Of a DNA stretch of 64,000 nt, positions 13,276-27,239 are shown one piece after another (the stretch's first letter is position 1; the number at the start of each line of letters is the position of its first letter). Both the position numbers and the translations under genes were made by a program. Source of the DNA: Paragordius varius (Eukaryota > Animalia > Nematomorpha). The DNA lies in contig OZ176051.1 of the NCBI GenBank assembly GCA_964247055.1, positions 4,030,001-4,094,000 of the forward strand. Reading direction: 5' to 3'. A model generated the notes under the pieces. The model searched no databases. It saw only the letters and a list, made by a program, of their open reading frames with translations, and was not told the origin of the DNA.

Positions 13276-16200
13276 TAGGGGACCAGATTTTTTAGTGGAA
13301 GAAGCGGGACAACTCTGAATGAAAGGGGGGAGGTTTACTATCAAAAATTTTTGAACAAAAATTAATATCGGAGAATATTTTTATTTTTAAAATACAATTT
13401 ATAAGTATAAAAAATTGTATAATATTTAATTACTTAATATATTTTTTATTTAAATAATTTGTATGAACAGGTTATTATCATTTTTTAATCTATATTTATC
13501 TAAAAATGGGAATGGCTGGCTTTGCGATCTGTTTCCGGAAAAACGGAATATTTATTCAAATCCAAATGTCAAAAAATATAATCACTAATGAATGCCCCGA
13601 CAATAGCTTCGCCCCTTTTTTTGAATTAGGTTCCCAGTTCAGACCCACCCCGTGTAAAAAACGGTTTTTTCTGAAACGTTCACAAAAATCGGGTCTTTGA
13701 GACAATTTTCCGGAAAACGTGTTGGACCATTCGATTTCAAATATAATTTTTTTTTACTTTTTTTTGCGCCGAACATAGTCGGCTCGCTTTTTTAATTTAG
13801 GCCTCCTTTTTACCCCTCCCCTCGTAAAATGCCGATTTTTTCAAAAAGCCAAGTACACAAAAATAATTTTTTGAGTCTATTTTCGATTGCGCCGAACATA
13901 GTCGGCTCGCATTTTTAATTTAGGCCTTCTTTTTACCCGCTCCCCCCGTAAAATGCCATTTTTTTCAAAAAAACCAAGTCCACAAAAATAATTTTTTGAG
14001 TCTATTTTTAGCCTAAGGTATAAAACCGTAAAATTCAATGAGGATTCCAGGTATTCCCAGTTAAAAGGCAAATATTTTAGCCGTGCATTTTTTATATTGG
14101 CTGCTGGATATGGAGATACCCGCTAAAAACTGCCGCGTCATCTCGAAATAGCGTGCTTTTGGGGCTAAATTTCCGAAAACCTATTAGGTTATATGATTTA
14201 TATAGGTGCTTAAAATATTACCAGTAACAAGGCAAAAAATTAGGCCGTGCGGTTTTTTAAAATTAACCGTTAATTAGGCCCTTCAAGCCCTGAAAAGTGC
14301 GCTACCATAGAATTGGTTTTTTTGTTTTGAGGCAATTTTTCCAAAAACTAATGAGAGCATATGGAATCAATCATGATTCCAGGTTCCGTATTATAATCAA
14401 GCGCCTTTTTTGTATCACCCTCTGGGTATGGTGCTACCCCCATAAAACTGCGTCACCATATCGAAATTGCGTTGCTTAGGATTTAATTTTCAGAAATATC
14501 AGGCCATATAAGTTTATTAAGTGCCCGAAACGTTACCAAGGCAAAAATTTAGTTGAGAAGTTTTTTTAATTAGACCTACGCACAAAAATGCGCTATTATT
14601 GATATTTAGTTTTGAAGCCATTCATCTAAAAACCATTAAGAGCATAAGGAATGAATAATGATTCCAGGCATACCCCTATAAAGGCAAAAATTTTATCGAA
14701 CGTTTATATTTGTCTCTGGGTAATAGGCTACCCGCCTACAATTGCGCCATCATATCGATACAGCGTGCTTTGGAGGCATATTTTAGGAAACAAAACTTAT
14801 AAGGCCATATAAGCTGAATAAGGGCTTGAAATGTTACCCGCAAAAAGTAAATTTAAGTAGAGCGGTTTATTAAATACCCCTTAATTAGGCCCTTGCTCTG
14901 AAAAATGCGCCACCATAGGATCACCTTTTAATTTTGAGGTAATTTTTTAAAAATCCTACGAGAGCTGGAATCAATCATGATTCCAGGTATTACACGAATC
15001 AAGGCAAAAATTATCGAGCGTTTTTGTGTTTCGCCCCTGGTTAGAGGGCTACCTGCCTAAATCTGTGTCACCATATTGATACAGCATGTCTTTGGAGCCA
15101 AATTTAAAACTTATGAGTCTGATAGGAACATATGGAATCCATGATAATTCCAGATATTCCCATCTAAAGGCTAAATCCCAGCGCTTAACTGCCCCTGGGT
15201 TAGGAGCTACACGCCAAAAACTGCGCCACTATATAGAAAATGCGTTATTTCGGAGTTAATTTACAAAAAATTTACGAAGCCATACGAGTTCATTAAACAC
15301 ACTTCTGGGAAATTTGTATAATATGATTTTCATAAAAAAGGGACCACAAATGATTTACTTTTTATATCCCTTGATCCCAGCTGTGTGAACACAATTTTAA
15401 AATAAAACAATAACCATGATTTCTTAAAACGAAAATCTTAAAATAAATCCAATGATCGTCAGTTTAAATATAGACATTTCGAGTAAACAATATTTGAGCC
15501 TGTGCAAAAACCCGTAAAAGAATAATTTAAGATATTTTTGTTTTTTATTATTTTTTTATCTCCATTATTATTGCAAATTATTATAATAATTATGGATGAG
15601 ACTACGTCACAGAGCAGCGTTACAGGGCAAGAAATCTACAAAAAATTTGTCAAATTATATTTGAACATAAGGCTTTCAGAGCTTTTAACATAATTGGATT
15701 TCTGCTGTCCACACTTGATTTACTGTAATCGCGTTCAGTTGCAGCGTTATTTTTAGGTAAAGAGAGAGGAACGTAGTTTGTTTCAAAATGATAAAACATT
15801 ACCAAACATTTGTCCTCTATTGTTATTTTTTCTGATGCCCAATATTTGAACTTTTTATCAATAAATTTTTTAACCAATGTTCATTAAAAAGATTATTTTT
15901 AGTTATCATTTGTGAATTTCAAATAAATATAATCAAAAGATTTTTGAACATCGTACCAAGTAAATTCTGGTTTTAATGTAATCCATAGATCACTATCATT
16001 GAATCATCCGTTCAGTCAAAATACTCTGCTGTTGGTATAAAACCGTTTTATACGGTTCATGGTATGCTGACGGTTTATTGCACCCTGCTCTTCGAGCTTA
16101 TTTATACTATTGCTAATAGTTAATGGCAGAAAATTATTTTTAATCTTTCTTGACATTAATATTTTAAAATATAAACTTCATTTGTTACTTCAATCGCAGA

Positions 16201-17350
16201 TAATTTGTTACCTTAAGTTTAATGACGTTTTGAAAACGAGCAGAATTTTGTAAAAACTCTATCCATATTTTTGAAGGTTCATTTTCTAAACTTTTGTAAA
16301 ATTGTAGGACATTTGTCCTGCGATAGAAAGTAGGATTTTAATGGATCCTTCATTCGATAGCTGGCAGAAGAGCTAACGAACGCGTTTAAAAATATTAAAG
16401 TATTTTTTAATGTTCAACTTCCACTAAGCAATTCAACGCGTACAATGTATATATAAAATATATATTTTAATTTTAACAACAATATTTGCCACATCTACTG
16501 GTAACAAGTCTGCAGCTATTTGATTAGCGTTATGTATTAAATGCCCCTCACACCCACACCATTAATATTTTGATTCACATCTTTCGCTAACTTATAAAAA
16601 AAATTATTTGTGTCTCTTCTAGCTTTTCCTCCAAAATTAGAATTTTTATTGTCTGTACAGTATACGATGCTTTTTTGTTTTAAATTATTTTTCCAAAATA
16701 TCAATAATAAAACTAAAAATTATTTTAGAATTTTCACCGGGTAAATAGCAAAATTTAATATAATTCTAACCCCAGTATCTGTATCAAAATGTGTATAATG
16801 GTGAGGAATAATTTAATTTCCTTATGAACAGATGCGTGAGAATATATTGATACAAAATTTGTTTAGTGTAAATTATTTTTTATTTCTGAAAATGCAAAGC
16901 ACATTACATACAATTGCCTCGGCCTCTGTTCTAGCGCAGGTAACTTTTTTATTAAATACCTGTCTGTGATATACAATCCATAGATCTGAAGGAATTGTGA
17001 TTAACAGCGTGAAATGAGATAAGTCCTTCTGCTACGTGAATATTGAATTTACCGTTGCATGTATGACATTTAACTAGGTAATCCTTTTGAGATTTTATTA
17101 ATAAAAGAAATTCAGTTCTCTAATTAACGTTTACATCCACTTTTCGTACGAGTTTTGTTAAAAATCTATAATAAATTATAATATAAATAATATTTCTTTT
17201 TAATTTCCTATGGTAAGCGTAAATAGACTTGATTTGACACTATCAGCAGTACGAACACAAAAAAGCGGAAAACAATTAGTTTAATTTGAAATTTATGTGA
17301 TAGCGGGAGGCGGGACAATTGGTAAATAATCGGAACGTATGGTCACCCTA
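13276..17350 (-). mobile_element. hAT copy (paralog of 1153-4795) with decayed transposase ~15650-17200
   Basis: TAGGGGACC at 13276 and GGTCACCCTA at 17341-17350. Flanks acatagta/atattgta are drifted versions of the atatagta TSD. ORF 15650-15877 is the transposase C-terminus. Confidence 0.82.
13489..15629 (+). mobile_element. Helitron copy nested in the hAT
   Basis: A|TC start. 3' hairpin GTCAC-agagcagc-GTTAC retained but the CTAG is deleted. Confidence 0.72.
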
Positions 17351-17989
17351 ATATTGTAATTCAATTAGAAATAAATCATATGTTGTGTTTTATTTTTCTA
17401 AGTAACTACAATGTTTCTATTAATAAATATATTAAAAAGCAATAGGCGTGTGGATATAAACTCCGAAAACTACGGCAAAAATTATATTATTTTTTGCAAT
17501 ATGATTGTCTTAAAACGTAAACTCATCTTATTAAATGAAATCTCAGAAAAATAGCGGAAAAATGTTTGAGCTGATGATTTAACAATTTAAAAAATAGTTT
17601 TTTTATAAATCAGTCTAATTGGTTAGGAAATGAATTTTAACAGGCCCAATATGCATAGTTTTGATAATTTTAATTGATGAGGGAATTGCCCAGAATGGAG
17701 TGTAAAATAAAACGGATATTAATCATTTTTGGATTTTGGAATTTTAAATATGGAACCAGAATCATAAACATTATTAGCGCCAACAAATTAATTTGAAATT
17801 TTGAATAAAACTTTTAAATGAAGTTTTTTCTAGAAGTAAATTCATATAAGTTAAGGTAAATAAACATAAAAACAAAGGAAATCTTTTATTGTTTTTCAGA
17901 GCAGGAATGTCCAACATAAATGACTTTGCCAGCTCCATACGCCAAAATATAGGTCGGGTCACTCAAAAATATTTTATAATATAACCATA

Positions 17990-19330
17990 GGGCTGTATAA
18001 ATTTTACAATTAGTCTTTATGTACTGAATATAATAATTTTTGTTTATTTCGTTGTCGAATTTTGTATAACCCCTACATTTTTATTAAATGAAGCATTACT
18101 CGAACAACAATTAATGGTGTTAATAAACGAACAATACAAATTCTAAATAAAATATTATTAAAAAATAAAAGTAATAATTCAAATGTAGTATTTATTTAGA
18201 TTCTTGCAAATTTTTATTAGAGAATCGCGCGTAAAACTTCTGAAAAATCTTCAGCCATTTTATTAATCGATTCCCACCCTTAGTGGAAAAGGGTCTATTT
18301 TCCGAGACTTCTAAATGAACAAAGTTCGGTTTCTTTGCATCAATAAAGATGCCAGTGCTGTCATCGGAAGAACTTTCATAATCATATGGATCTTTTAAGC
18401 GGTCTAAAAAAGGCAAAATTCTTTAGTAAGATTTAACAAAATCAACAAAAATAAAATGAATCATACTCTCTGTAAACATGTTGAGTTAAAATGTATTCCA
18501 TACATGAAATCTAAATATTCGTCATTTTCATCTTTGTTTCCTTGATACATCCAGTTGTATCTAGGAGCTCGAGATATTGCTTCATCATTTCTTTGATTCA
18601 AGATGGGATTTGGGATGAATACTACCCAAAAAGGTAATAGAGTGTTAAAGGTTTGAAATCATAATGTTAAAAAATATATAGATGTCCTTGTTCTTAAAAT
18701 TTATATAAGTGTAACACTAAAATATTTATTAAACCTATTAAAGTTATCAAAAATATTAGCGAAAAATATCATTATAGTAAATTTTTGATGATTCAATCCA
18801 ATATCATATCAAAAATAGTGTATTCTGGAAATAAGATATCAAATTAATAATTACCCATATTCGGCTTTTCTTCTTTTCGCTTTAGAACTGAATTCTTGCC
18901 AAAACAAAATCCCAAAAGAATATTAAACATATTTTATGATAGTGGTGAAAGTATTTTTAGAATGAAATTTTTTTATAATAAATTGATTGTTGTAATTAGA
19001 ATCAATTTTTGTTTCAACTTTACATTTTACATGTATATTAATAATAATTATGATATCTGAATTCTTAAATGTAGGATTAATTAAAAAATATAATTGCATT
19101 TCAATCAAAAATGATCAATAATAATATATTTTGAATATTTATGCAATTTTGGAGTTTAAGTTTTTTCTTATTAAACATTACCGAAAACTTGTTAACAACT
19201 TCAAATTTTACTAGTATTTTTAGGAATAAATAAACTCTACATATATATTTGAATTTAAGACTGATTCGATAGAAAATAAACATGTATCATATTATACTTA
19301 AGAAGGGGCAAGATGTTTTAAATAAATAAT
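17990..19330 (-). pseudogene. 'DPYDYES' family, - copy 3 with upstream exon
   Basis: ORF 18192-18416. Upstream exon (...YNWMYQGNKDENDEYLDFMYG...)|gtatga...ttttag is 1 nt out of phase relative to copy 4. Confidence 0.55.
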
Positions 19331-20507
19331 CTCAAAACATTTAAGAAGTGCGGTTTTTACTCAAGTCTCCTTTTGAATAATTATGTTTCTTCAGTTCACC
19401 CCGAGTGCGAATCTCACAATAAAACATTATTGTATTAAAGTAGTTTGTTTCAAAAAGATGAAATATTTCTTACCATTTGTCCTTTATTGTTATTTTTTCT
19501 GATGCCCAATATTTGAGCTTTTCCTTACCAATATATTTTTTAATCAATAATTAAGATAATTTTCCGTTACTATTTGGGAACTTCAGATAATTATAATCAA
19601 AGAAATTTCGAATATCGTACCAAAATGTATTGAACTGTCCGTCCAGTCAATAGAATCTCTGCAGTAAGTAAACAACCGTTTTGTACGGTTCATGGTATGC
19701 TGACGGTTTATTGCACTTTGCTCTTCGAGCTCTTTTATACTACTGCTAATGGTAAATAGCAGAAAATTATTTTTCTCTCTTGACATTTGTATTTTAAAAT
19801 ATTAACTTCATTTTTACTTCGATTGTTGATAACACTAGTCGACAAATTTGGACATTTTTGAGCACCACCACTCAAAATTATAAATTATGATTAATTTCAG
19901 TGTTATAAAACCGAATCTGAGAAAATTTTTGATCCCCCTAATCAGAATCTTGAAATATTATAGGTTTTTCAATTTTTTAAAAAACAAGAGAAAATCGTGA
20001 GAAAATTAAATATAACTTTATAATAAAAAGTTATTATATTGTAAAATTAATATCATTTAATAAAGCGTTTTAAATTCTATCTTTTGAATTTAAATATGTC
20101 ATTTAAATATCAGGGAGGAAAAAATAGTAACGACATAAACGTCAAAATTGATTTTTTTTCTAATTAATTATAAACATATAAAAATTTACATTTCAAAAAT
20201 AGTAAAAGAGGCATTTTATGGTTTAAGCCTTCGGCTTTCAGATAGGCTATATTTATTTTGTTAGCTTTTTTTATTTCGAATACTTAATAGGGGTTGTTTC
20301 TTTGTTTGATTCTTACAAAAAATCCGTTATTTATACCTAGTGAAAATTATTTATTTTTTAAAATCATTGGTTGGCCTGTCTTTTAAATTTCAGATGGATG
20401 TTGGGTAGCCACTTTTAGTAGAATATACTGTTATGGGATTGGAGCATTTGTATTTACCTGACCTCTTTATTCGATAAAATGGTAAAATTTATCTAATTTT
20501 ATACTAA

Positions 20508-20711
20508 TTGGTTAATTTGACATGTCAATGGATTTCGCTTGCAAGTCTCTCTTATCGGGCTCTACGTTTACTTACTGTTACCTTTGCCATATCTGGCATA
20601 ATTATAGGATCGCTTGGGATATATGTTGCAGAACTTGTGCAAGCCGGATCTATCACACCATACATAAGCCCTTTTAGATTTTTCATACTTTGGCTCTTAG
20701 CTTGTTTAATA
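20508..20711 (+). pseudogene. Hydrophobic cargo ORF inside the CACTA-like element, interrupted by a MITE
   Basis: VNLTCQWISLASLSYRALRLLTVTFAISGIIIGSLG...ISPFRFFILWLLACL is conserved with the 30420-30704 copy; no recognisable family. Confidence 0.35.
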
Positions 20712-21063
20712 TACCATTTACAGTTAAAATTCACCCTTAAACAATTCAAATTCACCTTCGAACAATTCAAATTCACCCTAAAAATAAATTATGAAACTTC
20801 GGTCTAATATAACTCATCATTAAAAAAATATATTTTTATGGCAAAGTTTATTATTTTTTTTCAGTTTTATTTTGATTACATACAAAATTTCTTTTTTTAT
20901 AAATATAAAAAATATAGGTAATATATAATCTTAAAAAACACATAATTTATTTTAGGGTGAATTTGAATTGTTCGAAGGTGATTTTGAATTGTTCAAGGGT
21001 GAATTTGAATTGTTCAAGGTTGAATTTGAATTGTTTAAGGGTGAATTTAAACTGTAAATGGTA
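20712..21063. mobile_element. MITE (352 bp) with TACCATTT termini, TA TSD and 21-bp subterminal tandem repeats
   Basis: TACCATTTACAGTT(A/T)AAATTCACCC inverted at both ends. The empty site GCTTGTTTAG-TA-TCTTATT is present in the paralogous element at ~30490-30510. Confidence 0.88.
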
Positions 21064-24000
21064 TATCTTATTTTTTTAATGCCTAGAATCTTGTTAATCA
21101 TGCAAATAAATTTTTTGTACAAATTTTAGTGTTGATTATAGTCTATATATCCATTTACTCGTATATCTTTGTAGGTACTTCCACAAAAAATTGTATAAAT
21201 ATTAAAATTATTGTCAATATTTTCATTATATTTTTAACTACAAATTTTTTATCAATATATCCAATAAAATGAATATTTATTTATTGTATATATTTAAAAT
21301 AATAATTATGTGGCATTAATATTCCAGACAAAATGAGAAATATTGTTTCGTGAGTAGTATCTCGTTTCAAATGCTTTATGTTCATCTATGGTGTATAGCT
21401 TCATAGTCATTTTACAGCCTACATTTTATGAAATAATATCCCCATCCGATGGTAACTTTCTACAAGCTGCTGGTCTAATTCATACTGATCCTAATATTTA
21501 AATATATATTATTACCCAGTGTAGAATTTTTAAAGCTTTAAAAGCTTTTTCCTTTGCTGATAGAAGGTTTATAGTTATCTCGAAAACAATTTTTTGATTA
21601 AAGGCCCATTTGCTTTCCAGCCTAAGCTTTGGCTTTACTGAGTTTATAATGGTTTTGAAAGTACATGAATGAAGCTTCTTTCTCAAGACTTTTTATGAAT
21701 ATGCAGCATATTTAGGCAGTTTATATTTTTAATTTAAACATCAACGGTAATTTCAGATAAGGTTTTATTTAATGGATCACCAATAAATTTTTCTATAGTG
21801 TCTTGTTAAGAAAAGGGGCCCAAGTTCTGTCATTATTAATTTTGGTAACATAATATTTTGTAAAATGTTTTCCAGTATAAACATCGATATTCAAGTTATT
21901 TTTGTAGAATATAATTCACCACAATAGATGAAAAATTTATTTGGATCATTTTCATGCTAAAATTATAATGAAAATACCTGGATCTGGAATATACTTGTAT
22001 CGATTCGTTTAACTATTTAAACATATGTATGCGAGTAATGATTGTTTTATTAAATTAAATACAAAATTAAAAATTAAATATTAGAAAAATCCTATTTTGG
22101 GCCTCAATTTTTTTTGTTTTGGCCTTTCCATGTCATTAGGTATCAGAAAATCCAAATAATGGGGTGGTGCAAAACCTTGTTGAGCAGTGTAATTTGTCAC
22201 TTGCAATAGGTTTAATGACGTTTTGAAAAAGAGCAGCTTAATTTTGGAGAAACTCTATCCATATTTTTTAAAAATTCCTTGAAAATTTTTCTAACATCGA
22301 TAGACATTTGTCTTGCCATAGAAAGTACGGATTTTAAGGGATTTTACATTTCCAAAATTCTTTCGATAGCTTGTAGAAGAACTAACCAACGCGTTTTACA
22401 GTATCAACGTAAAATTTATACAGAGAAAGAAAATATATTTTAACAACAATATTTGCCACATCCACTGGTAACAAGTGAGCAGCTGTTTGATTAGCGTGAT
22501 GTATTATATGGGCCTCACACCCAACACCAATAATATTTTGATTCACATCTTACTCTAACTTATAAAATATAATTTTTGTCTCTCCTCGCTTTAATTGGAA
22601 TTCGTATTGTCTGTACAGTATGCGATGATTTTTTGTTTTAAATTATTTTTCCAAAATATCAGTAATAGAACTAAAAATTATTTTAGAATTTTCACCGGGT
22701 AAATAGCAAAATCTAAAATAATTCTTACCCCAGTATCTGAATCAAAATATCTATAATGGTAAGGAATAACTTTATTCCTTTGATCAGATGCTTGAGAATA
22801 TATGGATATAAATTTAAATTAGTGTATATTAATTTTTATATCATGCATAAAAGCACATTACTTACTATTGCCTCGGCCTTTTTTCTAGCACAGGTAAGTT
22901 TTTTATTAAAAAACTTTCTGATAACTTGTGATATACAATCCATAGATCTGAAGGAATTGTGATTAACAGCGTGAAATAATATAAGTCCTTCTGGTAATGC
23001 TAAATTATTTTCTTCCTCTCCATTAGTTGTTTATTGAAAAAAATCTGGCATTTTATAAGATGATACAGTAGTATTGAAACATTTCTGTTGTGTCTCAAAA
23101 TGCTTTGTCATTTTTTCCGCCGTGGAAAATACCGAATCGTTGCATGTATGACATTTAACTATATAGTCCTTTTTATTTTAATAGATATTTACATTTCTAA
23201 TCAACTGTGAGTTTACATCCTCTTTTCGTACTCATTTTGTTGAAAATCTAAAATAAATTATAGCAATATAAATAATATTACATTTTATAAGTTTCTATGC
23301 AAAGCGTAAGTAGACTTGATTTGACTGTTCAATTTGCAGTGCGAACACAAAAAAGCGTAAAACAATCAATTTAATTTGAAATTTATGTGAGGGAGGCGGG
23401 ACAAATGGTAAACAATCGGAACGTCTGGCCACCCTAATATTGTAATTCAATTAGAAATAAATCTTTAATTATTCTAAGTAAGACTACAATGTTTCTATCA
23501 ATAAATATATTAAAAAGCAATAGGCGTGTGGATATAAACTCCGAAAACTACGGCAAAAATTATATTATTTTTTGCAATATGATTGTCTTAAAACGTAAAC
23601 TCATCTTATTAAATGAAATCTCAGAAAAATAGCGGAAAAATGTTTGAGCTGATGATTTAACAATTTAAAAATTGTTTTTTTATAAATCAGTCTAATTGGT
23701 TAGGAAATGAATTTAAAAAGGCCCATTATGCATAGTTTTGATAATTTTATTTGGTAAGGGAATTGCCCAGAATGGAGTGTAAAATAAAACGGATATTAAT
23801 CATTTTTGGATTTTGGAATTTTAAATATGGAACCAGAATCATAAACATTATTAGCGCCAACAAATTAATTTGAAATTTTGAATAAAACTTTTAAATGAAG
23901 TATTTTCTAGAAGTAAATAGATATAAGTTGAGGTAAATTAAACACTAACAAAATAAAGGGGATCTTTTATTGTTTTTCAGAGCAGGAATGTCCAACATAA

Positions 24001-24099
24001 ATGACTTTGCCAGCCCCATAGGCCAAATAATTGGGCAGGCCGCTTAAAAATATTACATATAAAACCATGGAGCTGTAAAAATTTTACAATTAGTCTTTA

Positions 24100-25975
24100 T
24101 GTACTGAATATAATAATTTTTGTTTATTTGGTTGTCGAATTTTGTATAACCCCTACATTTTTATTAAATGAAGCATTACTCGAACAACAATTAATGGTGT
24201 TAATAAACGAACAATACAAATTCTGAATAAAATATTATTAAAAAATAAAAGTAATAATTCAAAAGTAGTATTTATTTAGATTCTTGCAAATTTTTATTAG
24301 AGAATCGCGCGTAAAACTTCTGAAAAATCTTCAGCCATATTATTAATCGATTCCCACCCTTAGTGGAAAAGGGTCTCTTCTCCGAGACTTCTACAACAAA
24401 GTTCGGTTTCTTTGCATCAATAAAGATGCCAGTGCTGTCATCGGAAGAACTTTCATAATTATATGGATCTTTTAATCGGTCTAAAAAAGGCAAAATTCTT
24501 TAGTAAGATTTAACAAAATCAACAAAAATAAAATGAATCATACTCTCTGTAAACATCGTTGAGTTAAAATGTATTCCATACATGAAATCTAAATATTCGT
24601 CATTTTCATCTTTGTTTCCTTGATACATCCAGTTGTATCTAGGAACTCGAGATATTGCTTGATCATTTCTTTGATTCAAGATGGGATTTGGGATGAATAC
24701 TACCCAAAAAGGTAATAGAGTGTTAAAGGTTTGAAATCATAATGTTAAAAAATATATAGATGTCCTTGTTCTTAAAATTTATATAAGTGTAACACTAAAA
24801 ATTTATTAAACCTATTAAAGTTATCAAAAATATTATCGAAAAATATCATTATAGTAAATTTTTGATGATTCAATCCAATATCATATCAAAAATAGTGTAT
24901 TCTGGAAATAAGATATCAAATTAATAATTACCCATATTCGGCTTTTCTTCTTTTCGCTTTAGAACTAAATTCTTGCCAAAACAACATCCCAAAAGAATAT
25001 TAAACATATTTTATGATAGTGGTGAAAGTATTTTTAGAATGAAATTTTGTTAATAAATTGATTGTTGTAATTAGAATCAATTTTTGTTTTAACTTTACAA
25101 CACATATATTAATAATAATTATGATATTTAACTTTTTAATGTAGGATCATTAAAAAAATATAATCGCAAAAATGATCTAAAATAATATATTTCGGTTATG
25201 GCTGCAATTAAGAAATTTAAGTTTTTTTCTTTAATATTTAAAATTTAACCGAAAACTTGTGAATTTACTTTACTGGTATTTTCGGGAATAAATTTAATCT
25301 ACATATATATCTCAAATTAAGACTGATTCGAAAAAAAATATTATCAAATTATCCTTTTGAATGGGCTGTTAATCTTAATTATAAATTTGTGGGGGATTTT
25401 ATTAATTTTTGGACTTGATGAATTATATTGTTGCTTAATAATAGCAAAGAGTTTTACCTATACAAAACTTATGTATTGAACAGGGGTAATCATTGACCAA
25501 GATTTTCGCTGCATACACTTTTAGATTCAACATATATTTTAAAACATGATTAATGTCTTTATTAAAAAGCATTTTATTTAGATTCAGTTTAAGTGTCTAA
25601 TATTAATATCCGTTAATATATACAACTAATTAAAGCTATTTAAAATTAAAATGTTTGTATTAAACCATAATTGGACAATTCTTTTTGGAAATAAAAAACA
25701 GAAACATATTTTTATTTCGACACTTTCTTTTTACTAAGCGAGATCAGACCAAACTACGGCTGAAGGATGCAGAGTGAAAACATAAATTATATCAAATTGT
25801 TTTCTAAATTTGACAATCTATGCATTTTTACCTTGAAAATGGTTACAATATATAATAATTAAAGTTAGAGCAGTGGTTTGCAGTTCTGAAATCTCTGTAT
25901 TTTTGCAGGGCATGAAGACTTAATGAAGCTGTCAATATATTTTAAATAGAAATAAAAGCTCTGACGTCGTAATTG
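24100..25975 (-). pseudogene. 'DPYDYES' family, - copy 4; best-preserved spliced frame 24544-~24740 joined to 24272-24480
   Basis: A 63-nt intron 24481-24543 (GTATGA...TTTTAG) joins ...DENDEYLDFMYGIHFNSTMFTE to NRLKDPYNYES... in frame. Further upstream sequence is degenerate. Confidence 0.55.
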
Positions 25976-26096
25976 AATAAGTATGTAATCAATCACACAG
26001 GTTTAAATTTCAATCTATTTATGTAAGGTTGGCTTAATAAATGCTCTCAAAAACATGTGAGATGTGCGGTATTTACTGAAGTCTCCTTTTGAATAA

Positions 26097-27207
26097 CACT
26101 GGACAACAAATTTTTCTGCTACTAGAGTTTTTTGCATTTTCTGATATTTAGTATCATTTTAACAGTAAATCTGAAATAAAAATTATAACTCGATGGAAGA
26201 ATTTTGTATAATTTGATTTTTTCGATTATGCGCCCTCTTTATCAAAATTTTACTAAAAAATGTTTTTCTTTGAAAATATACAAGTAATGCCCATTTGTAA
26301 TATATCATTCGAAAGAGTAATAAAAACTCTATAAAATGTATACTAATATGTATTACATCGACAGTTAATATTGGACACAGAGAGCGACAAACGCGCGAAG
26401 CGAGAGCATTTTTTTAAATTATTAAATTTTTGAAACTAATGGATGAAAATAGCTCAAAATTTGTTTAGATGGTGATAAATGTTTAAAAAAAATAACACTA
26501 AAATGTTTTTTTGATTACAACATTTTTTTATTGCTTTTATGTCACTCAAAACAGCCATTTTTAAGTTTTTTGTTTTTTAAAAATTACCATCTCATCAATA
26601 TTAATTTATTTTCTTTACGAGGCTGATAATTTCGAAATTTTAAAGATAAAAACAAAGTTTAAGGTATTTTTGATCTTTTATAGCCATTATGTAATAAATT
26701 TACAGTTATAACTATGCATTTTAGTATCCACTAGGTAATATATTTATGGTAATAATAATTTTTATTAAAAAAGCAAACCACAAGCTTTTTCAAACATTTT
26801 TTTTAAATTAAATACTAATATAACCCTAAAAATTATATTAAATTAATTTATATGATTTTCAAATTAGTTTGTCTGTGAAAATTCTTGACTTATTTAAGGA
26901 TTGAAAATTTCGACCATTTAAATCCAAATAACTTTTACATCCGATTGATTTAAATGACTTACTACCATTTAAAAGATGATGCGCTCTTTCGAATGATATA
27001 AAATACATGGCTTCGTATAAAACTAATTTTCGAAATTTCGAGTTTAATGTTAAATCGGGGCCAAAAATTATCGATAAACTCTAATAAAAAAATGCTTGCA
27101 TGCTAGACCAATTTTCTTTTCAGATATACTAATTATGTACTTTAATAAAATAAATTTTAAATTTACAAGAATGGTAGTTAAAAAAAGTTAAAATTTGTTG
27201 TCTAGTC
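26097..27207. mobile_element. CACTA-like element of a second subfamily (1111 bp)
   Basis: TIR CACTGGACAACAAATTT / AAATTTGTTGTCTAGTC. 3-bp TSD TAA; empty site ccttttgaaTAAttatg at ~5985, ~11685 and ~19375. Confidence 0.75.
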
Positions 27208-27239
27208 TAATTATGTTTGTTCAGTTCACATCGTGTATA

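Larger units (their letters stand above)
1..18470. repeat. Tandem segmental array of ~5.7-6.5 kb units (A 1-6254, B 6255-11947, C 11948-~18470); a related block recurs at ~23250-25330
   Basis: The junction text ttac-aaaaa..ttgtatgcatagcatgttt..tccatataaattcaatttt recurs at 1, 6255 and 11948, followed by the same order of blocks. Block ~17200-19330 is near-identical to ~23250-25330 (ORFs 18192 and 24272 are almost the same). Confidence 0.9.
19833..22189 (+). mobile_element. CACTA/EnSpm-like non-autonomous element (copy 1)
   Basis: Ends CACTAG.../...CAGTG with imperfect TIRs (CACT.(G/C)TC.ACAA..TTT..GCACCACC). 3-bp TSD TAA; the empty site gataatttgtc is seen in other hAT copies (e.g. ~27830). 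Confidence 0.78.
19412..23436 (-). mobile_element. hAT copy (3'-truncated), transposase split by a CACTA-like insertion
   Basis: GGCCACCCTA end at 23427-23436. Transposase homology 19412-19832 resumes at 22190-~23250. Confidence 0.75.
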
